Below, in pieces: positions 43,412 through 55,518 of a stretch of DNA of 64,000 bases. The notes under the pieces were generated by a model. The model ran no database searches. It was given only the letters and a program-made list of their open reading frames with translations, and was not told where the DNA came from. The DNA comes from Bilabrum cf. latius (Eukaryota). A program made the position numbers and the translations under genes. Where the stretch lies: positions 1,178,001 through 1,242,000 of the forward strand of contig OZ237745.1 in the NCBI GenBank assembly GCA_965178125.1, given 5' to 3'. The stretch's first letter is position 1. Each line of letters starts with the position of its first letter.

Positions 43412-46400
43412 TCACCCGACTGGCTGCTTTTCTCCGAGTCCCTTGAGGCCCTTGGGCTGAGGTGGCTGCACGCAGAGCCATGGGCGCGGGTCTGGCACGA
43501 GGCCAGCATACCCAAAGCGCCTCACCGCTGCAACGGCTAGGCATTCTTCTTGTACCCCTGTGCCCACACCAGAGCCCGCCCCCCGCCCCCCTCCCTCCGC
43601 CTCCGCCTCATGGGCCCCCTCTCCTTTGGCAGCGGCCCCCGCCGGCACAGGCATAGGCATGAACTCGCTGGGCTTGCACACGCCGGCAAAGTCCCCCCTC
43701 CTCCCTCCCAGGTCGTGCAAGCTCACGCACTGGAAGTGAAGGTGGGGGGGCCAGCCCCCGTTCACTGCCTCCTCTCCAACCCATCCCACCAGCTGCCCGC
43801 GGGCCACCGACTAGCCCACGCGCAGCACGGCCATGGACCCCAGGCCAAGGTGCCCGTAGAGCGTGTACACCACAGTGCCGCCACTGCCCCCGCCACTGCC
43901 CCCAACAGCATCCTCACACTCACCTTGAAGGCGATGCTCAAGCACGACGCAGGGCCCGTAGTCCAGCGCGGCATCGTCGTGTCCTATCGAATGCACCGTT
44001 CCGTCGAAAGGTGCGAACACAGGGCTGCCCGCCGGGGCGAACACGTCTACCCCCAGGTGGAGCGACCGCGACTCGGAGCCGGAAGAGGACTCGGAGCCGG
44101 AAGCAGCCCCGAGGAACAGCGGGGACTGGTACAGGATGCGGTCTTCGCCCCAGTTCCCTAGCACGCAGCTCGTGCCACGCCCGGCCGCCTGTTCCCTGGC
44201 CCAAAACGAAAAGCGCCGCAGTGCTGCCGGGTCCGTGCCCACCAGCGCCAGCAGCTTTGACCTGGCCCCTTGTTCCCTGGGCCCCAGGTCCAGCCAGGGG
44301 TCCCCTGCCCCGAACACCCCGCAGCTGCCAGGCGGAAGGTATGCCCCTTCACGATCCGTCCCTTCGGCGTCTGCGGGGTGCTCTACCCCCGCCCCCAGAT
44401 TCATCATGGCCCACGGCGTCTCAATGCCGTGGCAAGCACCCACCATCACAGGGTGCGGAAGCTCGCCCCTCTGAGCAGGCGACTCCAGTGCCCCGGCCGC
44501 GGCTGCTGCAGCAGTCTACTCCTTCTCCTTCTCCCCCGCGTTCAGCCTCAGCACCTCTTCAGCCAGAGCACCAACCGCCCGGTCACTGCTTTTCCTAAAG
44601 GCAGCCAGAGCCGCTCCCGTCCTCTCTAGCACGTCTTCCTTGCTTGCCTTTCGGCTATCCTCTTCCTCTCCGTCCATGGAAGGCCCGTGGGGTGCCCCCG
44701 GCTCTGGCATGGCCGCAGCCAGGGCCTCCAGCGTGCACGTGGCCGGCTGCAGCCCGAGGCAGTGGGCCAGGAACTCCGCCATTCCGCGAGAGGACATGGG
44801 GCGCAGCAACCACAGCAGGGCAGCGGCGGGCCGCGCATGCACCCCCCACTCTTTCGACTCGCTGGCGCTGCCACTCTCTTCCCTGCGGGCGCTGGCGGCC
44901 GCATTGTTGGCCAGGGACAGCGACAGACGGGCCCGCAGCAGAGGCAGCACCAGGGCGAGGTCGGCTCGCCCCAGCCCCCTGGCCTCGTGGAAGCCCCTTG
45001 CAGCGGCGGCCAGGAACAGTGGCAGCGAGCTGGGGCGCGGCTCCAGCGGCGTGCCACGGGTGGAAAGGGGTGCTTTCTCTCCGCTTGCGCTATCGCCTGC
45101 GTCAGCGCCGCCGCTTCCTCTGTGTGTCGGCGCCCGGCAGGCGCACGGCAGCAGCAAGTAGGCGAGCAGGATGGCAAGCTCGGCAGCGACGGGGCCGATG
45201 CAAGCGTCATCGAAGTCCAGCCAAGTGAACTGGCGACGGGGCCTCGGGGCGGGGCTGCTAGTGTCTGCAGCTGCCGTTGACTTGCCCTCAGCGCCCGGTG
45301 CACCCGACGATGCAGCATCCTTCTCCTCTAAAGCGTCACCGTGAGATTTCCCCCGGAAGCTAGCGCCAGGCAAGCCACCCACGACCACATTGGCCTCGTT
45401 CATGTCACCATGCAGCCACTGCCACTGGACCTCATCTTCATCTTCACCCTTGCCCTTGCTTCTGCTGCCTGCTCTCTCGCGCCCAGCATGCGCGGCCCAT
45501 GTCCCAGCCCCGGCCCACGATCGGCGCTCCCACGCCGCCTGCATCGCTGCCTCGCCCTCCCGGAGTCCCTCCAGCACGGCCCGCCGCAGCGCTCGCTGCG
45601 GGATGCGTCCCGCGTTTGCCGTCGCCGCCGCACTCCTGCAGCTGCGCATGTCCCAGGCGTGTGACGACTACATCCACACCGCACTGTCTGAACCGGTGCT
45701 GCTGCTGCATTGGACGCTGCCTGTGCCCACCCTCTCGGTCCCACGCCTGCTGCTGGCAGCCCCGCTGGCCTCTAGATCACGGAGACCCGCAGACAGTGCT
45801 CCCGCTGAGTACCCCAAATCCTCACAGAACTCGCAGTCCAACCGGATGGTGGCCGCTGCAGCAGCACCAGTCCCTCCCAGCGCTCCTTCCTCATCGTCCT
45901 TGCCTCCTCGAGCACCTGCTGCAGGGACCCCCCGCGGCTCCGAGTCGGAGCTTGAACCTGGTAGCATGCCGCCTAGTTCCCCCGTCACTGATGCAGGGGG
46001 CCACCTCCGGCGCGCCATCACTGATGGCATCGTCATCGTCTTGGCAGTGGTGGCGGTGGTGGCGGTGGTGGCAGTGGGGCAGGGCTTTGGACTTCTCCCC
46101 GCTCCGCTGGCCGAGCTCCCGTCGGATGGCACGGTTGTCCACTGTGCTCCCAGTGAGCCTGCCGGCAGAGGGACCGGCTGCAGCAGCGGGGGCGAAGCGA
46201 GGGCTCGGTGGGCCCTGTGGCGGAGAGCAGGAGCTTCCGGTCCGGTGGAAGCGACCGTGCTACTGGCTGCTGGAGGCGTGGGCGCAAAGGCGAGCGGACC
46301 GGCTGAAGCCCACTCAAAGTAGTGGCTTGTACCGTTTCCTGCCACACTAGAATTAACGCTGGTACTTGGCAATGATGATGCCTCGCTCGACGGCGAAGCA

Positions 46401-46834
46401 CCCGCCGTCAACCACCTCAGGCTCGCTGCCGTCGGGCCTGTCACAAGCTCGCTTGCCGTGATCGCAGCCACTCGGGCGTTATCTGTAGTCCTTTCCAAAA
46501 AGGTCAGCAGCGGCTCCACAGAATCTCTTGCCAATCGAAGCGAGCTCTCTGGCCCCAAAGCAGCAGTTTGCTCGAAATTAGCCGAGATCTGTTGTGGCAC
46601 TGGTGCCCCCGTGCGGAAGCACCGCGCCTAAATTCGGACGCACTATCTGCTTTGATCCATCCAGTGGCTGCCGTCCCGTCTGTGCTTGACCTTAAGCACA
46701 ACAAATCGTGCCGTCTGAAGCTCAAAAAGTGCATTGCAGTCTTCAAAAGAGTCAAACGTGCGAACCAAGCGCACTGATGCCTTCGAAAGCGACCAGTATG
46801 CGCATGCAATGCTACATATGGTATCTTTGTCCAT
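43412..46834 (-). CDS. APH/hydroxylysine-kinase-like phosphotransferase fused to a C-terminal peptidase M23 domain
   Basis: Kinase motifs VVLKV, LHGDMNEANVVV and WLDFDDA. M23 motifs HLGVDVFAPAGSPVFAPFDGTV, DYGPCVVLEH, YTLYGHL and GGWPPHLHFQ. TAGs at 46643, 46628, 45668, 44516 and 43811; ends at TGA 43412. Confidence 0.85.
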
Positions 46835-46951
46835 GTAAACCGGGTAGAATGGCTCGAATATTGGCCAAGAGGCACTCTGGGGATTCAGGTTCCGCAAGCT
46901 TCATCATCAGCCACACAACTAGCTAGACCTCCGCCACAGAGAATAACTCGG

Positions 46952-48637
46952 ATGAATTCGGGCTTGGCGATAGTAGCATATTCATGTGCCCCAGTCGTTG
47001 TGGCGTTGGCAGCCTTCCTGGCTAGGTCTTGGGTCACTTATGGCTTGGCGTGCGGCCTTGCCCTGTTGCCGTACTTGGCAGCCAACAGCGGTCTCCTAGC
47101 GATGGATGGGGTGACAGGCTAGCTAGCTACATTGATAGTTGGTTGTTTTGCGGCTGCACTTCTAGTAATTGACGCATCTCGGTCTTCTTCGAAGGGGTCC
47201 GAGCAACAGCGGGCCGCCGAGCTGGCCCGCAGAGCTGCCAAGCACGAAACGACGGTAAGCGCCGCGGATCTGGGAGCAGCGCAGGGCGCAGAAGATGCTG
47301 CAATCGCACTCTACAGAGCATCGACCGTAGCTCTGGCCTCTAGCCAGGCCGCCGGAGGCTCGTCGTCCGCTTCGCGTCGCTCGACTGGGCAGGGAGCTGC
47401 CGGCTAGGACGCACCGCGCACGCCTGCCGGGGGCAGAGAGCTTGCATCGCTAGCTTCTGTCCAGAAACGCGCTCCACCTTCTGGTATTGTCACGAAACAA
47501 GCCGCCCCTGAGCCCAAGGTGCCCCGGTGCGGCCCCGACGGCGCCCCTTTGGTGCCCCCGACCCTACCCGCGGCGCTGGAGGCGTGCGCGCTGCCCAAGA
47601 CGGACCTGCCCGAGGGCAAGCACTGCTGGTGCCCCATGGACAGCCGCGTCTTCAAGCTGCGCGGCCGCACGTACGTCAAGGACCGCGTGAAGATCCCGGC
47701 CATGCCGCCTCTCTTCGATCTCGTGAGGGTGGAGACCTTCCGCCACTCGGAGCCACTCTACGACGTGGCGGGGCAAAAGGGGTCTTTCTTGCGGGCCGCG
47801 AGGGCGGCAGGAGACATACGCAAGTACCTGGTGGTGGTGTATTAGACCCCGGCCAAGGATGTGCACATGGTGCTCTACTTCGCGGTGCCCACGGATGCGT
47901 TCGAACCGGACGCTGTCCGCGACCGGATCGGATGGTGGAGGGAGCGGGCGAGGGGGCTGGAGGGCGGATCCGATCCCAAGGTGGAGGGCGAGACGGATGA
48001 GCTGCTGAGTGCCGCTGGGGCGCTGGAGCAGCGGCTGGCGGGGGCGAAGCGCGCCTGGGAGCGGTTCTGGTCAGATGACGTGGAGGGCAGCCCCTACCGC
48101 AAGGAGAGGTGGAAGGTCATCCCCAAGATCGCAGAGGGGTCCTGGTTCGTGAGGAACTCGGTGGGGACCACGCCCGCGCTGCTGGCCCGCAAGATCGAGC
48201 ACTCGTGGTCCAAGGGGACCGGGCCTGTCCCTGCTGGAGCTGGGGCTGGGGCTGGGGCTGCCTCTGCCTCTGCCTCTGCCAGTGGATCCGGTGCTGACAC
48301 TGCTGCAGGTGCCGGTGCTGATTCCAAGGGAACTCAGAGCCGCCGGGTGAAGAGCGAGGAGATGGGCTACCTAGAGATCGACTGCAACGTGTTCTCGAGC
48401 CAGATCGCCATGTACCTGGTGAGCCTGATCGATAGCGCGAGCGAGTCTCTGGTGATCGACCTGGCCTTCACAATCGAGGGGCGGGCCGAGGATGAGCTGC
48501 CCGAGGCAATCTTGGGGGCTGTGAGCCTGCGGTACATCCACCTGCCCAAGTGCAAGCTCATCGAGCCCGGTGATTACGGAGTGACGTGGCAGAGGAGCAT
48601 GCCGGAAGGGGCGCGGGGAGGTGGCAAGGCCTTCTGA
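46952..48637 (+). CDS. EDR2 C-terminal (DUF1336) domain protein with N-terminal hydrophobic segments
   Basis: FKLRGRTYVKDRVKIPA, VVVY(TAG)TP..MVLYF, RWKVIPKIAEGSWFVRNSVGTTPALL, YLEIDCNV and IDLAFTIEGRAEDELPEAILG. TAGs at 47120, 47405 and 47843; ends at TGA 48635. Confidence 0.88.
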
Positions 48638-48926
48638 AGGAGCATGCCGGAGGGGGCGAAGGGAGGCGCCGGGAGGAATCGGACTTCTTAAAGAAGCCAA
48701 TGTTTCGCGCCGGATTCTTTTGATTCGCTTCGACTTCTGGGCTGCTGCCAAGTTGTGCTCGGCAACAACGCGCTGGCTGGCTTCCGATTCCTCCACCTGG
48801 CGGAACCGGAATCGGGAGCTGCGCGTCACGCGCGAGGATCCACCTCGAACACCTGCGGCCGTGATTGATCCATCCAAATCTACTCGTACCCTCTCGTGTG
48901 CCAGAACTCGCCACACGAAACTTGAA

Positions 48927-51671
48927 ATGCCCTTGGGCCGCGCGTTTGCTGCCATCGCGGTGCTCCTGGCCAGCTCGCAGTTTCATCGAGCGGAAGCGTA
49001 CCCTGTCAGTTTCAACGCCGATGATGATAATACAGGCATCCATGTGAATATATTGAGGAACGCAAGGCCGTGGGGCACGCCAGGCACGCCTTGGGAGGGC
49101 AGCATTGATGTCGATTCGACCAGTGGATTCCCGGCAGAGGATGCCGGCGTCACGATCGATGTCCTGGTTTACAACTCCAGTCAGTCGTACTTGGATTCCA
49201 ACCCAGCGATTTAGTTTGCTCGTCCAGATGTGGCACAAAGGGCGCAGTTAGAGTACGGATACTAGCTGCGCGCGATGTGCACCCCAAAGGCAGACCCGCC
49301 GGTGGTCAACGTGCAGCCGCACAACTCCGGGGAGTCGTACAACACGACGTGGGACCCAGCAACGGGACTACTTACGAGTAGGATCGTCCCATCATCGGAC
49401 CGCACTTCCCTCATGCTCTCGTTCACGAACACGAGCCGCGGGTGCCGCGACATCGTGCTGGTGATGCCGGGCTTCGACCCCATCAAGGACGCGGCGGCGA
49501 TCAACCCCCAGTACCTCAGCAACATCGAGATGTTCAGCAAGTCCGCAGGAGCAGCCACGGGCGAGGTGTGGATGCGGACGATGGGCCTGCGCGCCACGAA
49601 CGGCAACCCCGAGGAGGACTGGGCCGACCGCCCGCTGCTCTCCTGGCCCTCGTTCCGGTGGGGGGTCCCAGTTGATCCCAAAGGGCCCCCGGGGTCGGAC
49701 TGCTCCAACTCGTCCTACCGAGGCACCTGTTTCACGGGCAAGCCGAACAAGGCGCACCCTTTGTTCGGAGGCGGTAAGGTGCTCGCCCACGGGTGGCCGT
49801 GGGAGGCAGTCGTCGACCTCGCCAATAAAGCAGGTCTCAGCCTCTGGATCAACGTGCCTGCCATGGCCACTGACGACTACATCGAAAATCTAGTGCGGTT
49901 AGTGGACGGGAGGCTGCACCCTGACCTGAACGTGATGGTGGAGTACTCCAACGAAGTGTGGAACGTGAGTCACTGAACGGACGATGACCGCCTGCCTGCA
50001 TGTGCTGGAGCTGCCGGCCCGCAACCGCGACCCCCATCATCCCCCCATGTCTCCCCCCCTCTTCCCCCCACCGTTTCTGCCGTCGGGGTTCGCCTTCTGC
50101 GGCCTGTCACGATCACCCACCTTGTGCGGCCTGTTACGATTACCCACCTTGTGCGGCCTGCTACGATTACCCACCTTGTGCGGCCTGTCACGATCACCCA
50201 CCTTGTGCGGCCTGTCACGATCACCCACCTTGTGCGGCCTGTCACGATCACCCACCTTGTGCGGCCTGTCACGATCACCCACCTTGTGCGGCCTGTCACG
50301 ATCACCCACCTTGTGCGGCCTGCTACGATCACCCACCTTGTGCGGCCTGTTACGATCATACCTTGTGCGGCCTGCTACGATCACCCACCGCCCCAGTGCT
50401 ACATCCATAGCCCTCTTCTTCCGCAGATGGAGTTTTCCCAGGCGCACTACCAGCTCTACATGGCCAACGCCTCCGTGGCAGTGCAGGGCGACCCCCTCGG
50501 CCTCAACTACACCACCCCCAATGGGGATGGGGGCGAAGGACCCATCCAGTGGGCGTACCGCCGCACGGCGTATGATATCGTCCGAGTCCAGGGGGTTATC
50601 GAGAGCACGCGGGGGGCTGGGGCACCACGGCCCGGCCCCAATGGGAGGTGGAGGCCTGTTCTGGCAGGACAGCTCATGGGCACACCTCAGCTGGAGGGAC
50701 TCAGGTACCTCTGGGAGTCTCGTGGGATCGAACCCGACAGCAAGCTGCATGCCACGGCCAATGCGCCCTACTTTGCCGTGTGGCCAGCCAAGTCTGCGAG
50801 CCGGGATAGCAGGAACTGCTGGTCCAACCTGACTGAGGACGCCGTGCTTGAGGGTCTTTCGACCTCTGTGGAGAGGAGGTTTGACCCGGCCTTGCCTCCG
50901 CGGGGAGACCACAAGCAGTTCATCACCTACGCCAGGCTGTTCAACCTGTCCGTGTTCTCATATGAGGGCGGCCCCGACACGTCCTGCTTCTTCAACCACA
51001 ACTCGAGTACAGAAGCAAAGAACGCAGCCAACCTGAACCCCAAGATGCAGCCCATCATCCAGCAGTACCTGCAGCACCTGCGTGCCATGGGGGAGTACAC
51101 GCTCTCGTACTTCACCTGCTGCACGGGGGCATGGAGCATGTACGGCTAGTGGACGCTGGCACCGAACCAGACCACCTACGCTGACGCACCCAAGCGGATC
51201 GGGGTCGAGGCGGAGCTCGGGGCCAGCGAACCTTCGCAGGGGTTCGGCGCGGCCCTGCCGGGCACTGTGGACGCCACGCTCGGGGCGGTGGATGCAGACG
51301 ACGAGGATCCCCCTTCCTCAGGGCCCTGGTACCACCCCTCCGTGGGCAAGTCGAGGTACTATCCCCTGCGGCCGGTTAGGTGGGGGCAAGGGGGGGCCAC
51401 CATGCAGCTGAGGCTCAACGTGAGCGTGCAGACGGGACCGGGGACCGTCAACGTGACCACGTCCGGCGACCCCTCCTCCTGGCAGTCGGTGAGGGTGCCT
51501 CTCGGGGAACAAGGGGGGTGGGCGCTCACAGACCCGGTGTCCATCGAAGTGCGGCCCCCTTTCACCACGCTGCAGGTCAGGATCGCGCCCCAGGAGCCGG
51601 GGCGGGCGGGGATGGCGGGGTAGGCTGGGAACGTGACGATCGGCGGGTTGGTGTTTGGGAGCAGCGTGTGA
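48927..51671 (+). CDS. Secreted clan GH-A glycoside hydrolase-like protein (possibly GH51-related); exons 48927-49964 and 50427-51671
   Basis: Signal peptide MPLGRAFAAIAVLLASS..AEA. WINVPAMATDDYI, VEYSNEVWN|MEFSQ (candidate acid/base Glu) and YEGGPD (candidate nucleophile). Intron 49965-50426 (GTGAGT..CCGCAG). TAGs at 49212, 49263, 51147 and 51621; ends at TGA 51669. Confidence 0.75.
50094..50389 (+). repeat. 27-bp tandem minisatellite (~11 copies, consensus CCTTGTGCGGCCTGTCACGATCACCCA) inside an intron
   Basis: Head-to-tail copies with few substitutions and no unique spacers. Confidence 0.95.
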
Positions 51672-51918
51672 TGGCAGTGAAGGATGGGGAGGAGACGAGG
51701 TGGTTGGATATGACAACTGCAATGCAATGCACACTGTGCGTCTGCCGCTAAATTCCCGTTTTCAATTCGGTGTGCAATCGCGCGTGGTATGCCATGCCAC
51801 GCCTTCCCGCCCCGCACGCTTCGCTCCAGCCATTCCCTCTGCTGTGGCGCCCCTCACTCCTCTCTCGCCTAGTCTTTATGTCTTTGCAATCCCGCTCATT
51901 CTACGTTTTTTTGTTTCT

Positions 51919-53289
51919 TTAGTGCGCCGCGGACTCCACCACCGGCAGGGGCGGCAGCTCCACCGCCGCGTCCCCCAAGGAGGGGAGGATGTTCCTGCCG
52001 AGTGCGCTGCCCACCAGTTCCACCGCCGCATCAGCTGTCCTGTCACCGTCCTCCTCCGAGTCTGCAAGCTGCGGGTTCACCTCAACCATGTCCATGGAGC
52101 CCAGCAGGCCCGTCTCGAACAGCGACTCGCACACGTAGTGCGCCTCGCGGTAGCTCAGGCCCCCGGGGACCCTCGTCCCCGTGCTGGGGGCAACCGAGGG
52201 GTCGCACGCGTCGATGTCGAAGCTGAGGTGCAGCGGGCGAGGAGAGCTGCCCCCCGGCCCCGTCAGGTGCTCCACCGCCCTCCTCATCACCTCCCCGATG
52301 CCCAGCCTGTCCACGTCCGTCATAGTGTAGGCCCGGATGCCCAGCTGCGGGATCACCTTGCGCTCGTGGTCGTCTACGTCGTTGAGCCCGATGTACACGA
52401 TGCGGCTGGGGTGCAGCGCGGGCCACGCCCCGAGCTTGCTGATGCGGGGCAGCAGCGGGGCGGGCACGTGGCCCGACTGCAGCACCTGCCTGGCCACCTG
52501 CGCTGCCTTGCTGTTGCCTGCCTTGTCGGCCTTGTCCGCTGCCCTCTGGGCCTGCTCCAAGACGAACTTCTTCCACTCCGCCTCGTCCCACGGGGCGCTC
52601 TCTTCCCCCTCGCACATCCACTCGAGCCCGGGCATGGCCCTGGGGTCCGCCAGCCTCGAGGCGAAGGCAACCGGCATGCCGTGCATGTTGCCGCTGGGGC
52701 TCGCGCTCGGCGTGTTGATGTCCGCATGGGCGTCCACCCAGATGACGCCGGCGTCGGGGCGCGCGGCAAGGATGCCTGCCAAGGTGCCCATCCCGATGCT
52801 GTGGTCCCCTCCGAGCGTCAGCACGAAGTTGCCGTCCTCGGCGGATTCCTTGACTGCGTGAGCAATCCGTTCGCTTGTCTTTCCGACCGCCACAGAGTTG
52901 CGGCCACCCTCGGCGCTTGCGTCACCACGTCCCGGACGAACCGGATCAACGTCTCCCTAGTCAACGAGACGCCAGCCAAGACTTGTCACTGCGTTCCGCA
53001 GCCCACGTTGGCGTATCAGCTTCGGCCCTCGGTCCACTCCGTCTAGTGGCTAACCGAAGCTGAAAGGAGCCCCAACGACATGCACTGTCGAAGGTGCTTT
53101 CACACCGCTTTCGTCTTTGACCTACTCAGAGGGGACAAACGGCGCATCGCTGAAACTTCGGGATTGGCCGCCGCAGTTGCACATAGGAGTGTTCCGAAAC
53201 ACAGAATCTTTGCCTCTGGGCAACGTATGTGCGGACACTCTTCTGCTAAGACCTCGTACAGACCTGTACGATACTAGTCTAGAAAACAT
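51919..53289 (-). CDS. Arginase with probable mitochondrial presequence
   Basis: VVGAPFSFG(TAG)PLDGVDRGP, LGGDHSIG, WVDAHADINTP, SGNMHGMP, HLSFDIDACDP, TGTRVPGGLSYRE and DMVEVNP. Arg/Ser-rich N-terminus MFSRLVSYRSVRGLSRR. TAGs at 53122, 53050 and 52957; ends at TAA 51919. Confidence 0.95.
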
Positions 53290-53516
53290 ATCTCAACAAT
53301 GCGTTCAAGCTATTGACTAGATGTCAATTGTGAGCCTCGACATTTTCGTTCCGGTTCGTAGCAGAAAACTGCACGGTACAAAAAAGCAAACCGCTATTAT
53401 CAACATTCGAGAACTCTGCTCGATATTGGAGCGCAAGACGAGCATCCTGTTTATTTGTCATCTTTTTTCGGTACATAGTTCGCATGTTCAGCGGTGGAAT
53501 TGTGAATTTGACCGAA

Positions 53517-55468
53517 ATGGCCGATGGCTATGGAGATAGTGCGGTGAGCTGGTCATGACAAGCAATGTATGCCATGTACTCTCTGCTTGCGGATAGTGCA
53601 GCAGCGGTAGTACGTCTGTATGATGTCATTCGAGACTGTTTATTCCTTCTGCCGCGTCTCTTGAATTGCCCCGCAGTAGACGAGCGCGGACAAGCAGCTG
53701 AGATTTTCAGATTCCGGGGCCGGCGTCGACCTCGGCGGTAGCATGGGACCAGGTGGTCGGTCTCCCGGCGAAATCCCCAAGTCTATTCTTCGATCATATG
53801 TTCAACTTAATGGTCCGCACAGGGGGTCGCCAAGCTCCTTCGGTCGGGCTAGCTCGAGCCGAGACTCCCCTGACGCTGTTCGGCAGAGAAGGAAAGCGGC
53901 TGGCCAGGCCGCTTTGCACGCAATTGGAACACACAAGACGCCACCGCGTAGAAATCACGTGCCGCCAATGCTGCCCGACGCATTGACGCGTTCTTCTTTC
54001 TCGTCGTCTGCAGAGCGCTAGTCGGGTGCAGCCGAACCCCCATCGGGAGACCACGGGCAGGGCCCGCAGTCGCAGCTGCCGGCAGGCAAGCACAGCTCAA
54101 AAGACACCCCCATGGAGCATGTGAGGTAGGCGTACGACCCGCCGGGGAGTGCGACCATCTCGCTCTCCTCCTCGCCGCAGGGCGCCAGCAGCGGCAGAGA
54201 GAGAGAAGTGGCCAGGGCTGGACCCGGTGCACTGCACGACAGCGCCGTCCCGGGCTCTCCGAGCGGTCTCCGGTCTCCCCACGCCCCCCGACAGGAGCCT
54301 TCATCTTCCTTGCTGGCCTCTGGCGGCGGGAGCTCGCGCGGGGGATAGGCGGCGTAGCCCGAGTCGCCCGAGCCCGCCACCGGCCTGCGAGCTAGCGCGC
54401 ACGATGGATTGCGCTCGTCACACCTTGCGAGTGGACCCTCTGTTGGGGTCAGAGCCGGCGGAGGCATGGGTCCGGGGGGTCCTGGCGGCCTGCGCCTCTC
54501 AAATGGAGGCCTCGGATTCGGAATTGGAGCTGGGAAGGGGGTCGCAAGGGGGTGGCGGCACCAGGGCACGGCTGCAGGTCCAGGGGAGGAGCCCGCTGTG
54601 CAGCGGTCGCTGGGTCCCGGGGGTAGGCAGCCTTCCGTTGGTGGCCTGGGGTCGCAGGGTGCACTGCACGGCAGCGGCGCCAGTCGTGGTCCCGGCGCGT
54701 TGTGGCGGGCTAGGCGGGGCAAGGGCAGGGAGCTCGCTGCGAGGCGGGCGGGTGCATCGCACGGTGGTGCAGGCGGCGGGCAGCTGCCTGCACCGGCGAA
54801 AACGGGCGGGGATTCCAAGCCTAGGGCCCTGGGTGCCAGTGCCAGTGCCAGTGCCAGTGTCAGTGCCAGTGGCCGGGACATGGGCATGGGAAAGGGCATG
54901 GGCCGCGACTAGGACTAGCACTACAAAGATAATTAGGCGGGGATGCGTGGTAGGAGTAGTAGGGAGGCAGGTAGTGTGGAAAGAGGGAGAGGGGAAGGGT
55001 TGGATGCTTCGCTGCTGGATGCGGTGCTTGGACCGGAGGCGGGGGGGCATGCACCGCCACAAGCACCAGCAGCCCGTGAGCATGCAGGAGCTGCAGCACC
55101 CGCTAGAGCATCGTCCTAGGACCAGGCAATGCAGCGATTGGCAGGAAGAGGAGCAAGAGGGGAAGGTGCCCAGGGCGTGGGAGGGAGGAACAGCGCGGGT
55201 GCATGCGAGGACGAGAGCAATTAGAAGAGAAGGGATGACGATGAGGAGGAGGAGGGCGAGGATGGGGGCGAAGGGGACGGTGGGAGGGCCAGCGGCAGCG
55301 CTTCATCTCCTGCTCCTCCTCCTGCTCCTGCTGCTGCTGCTGGCGGGGCGATCCGGCACGGCTGGGTGAAGAGCCCTGGAGAGGGGCCTACTGGCAGCGG
55401 GAATGGTGGCTGGGTGCGGGCCTCGGCTCTTTGGAGGGACGGGCAGGGACCAGGAGAGGGGCAAGGGC

Positions 55469-55518
<50 letters not shown>

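Noticed and set aside
50094-50389. Possible CRISPR array or repeat protein (RPVTITHLV)n
   Set aside because: There are no unique spacers or cas genes, and the repeat lies inside a GT-AG intron whose removal restores the NEVWN-MEFSQ motif.
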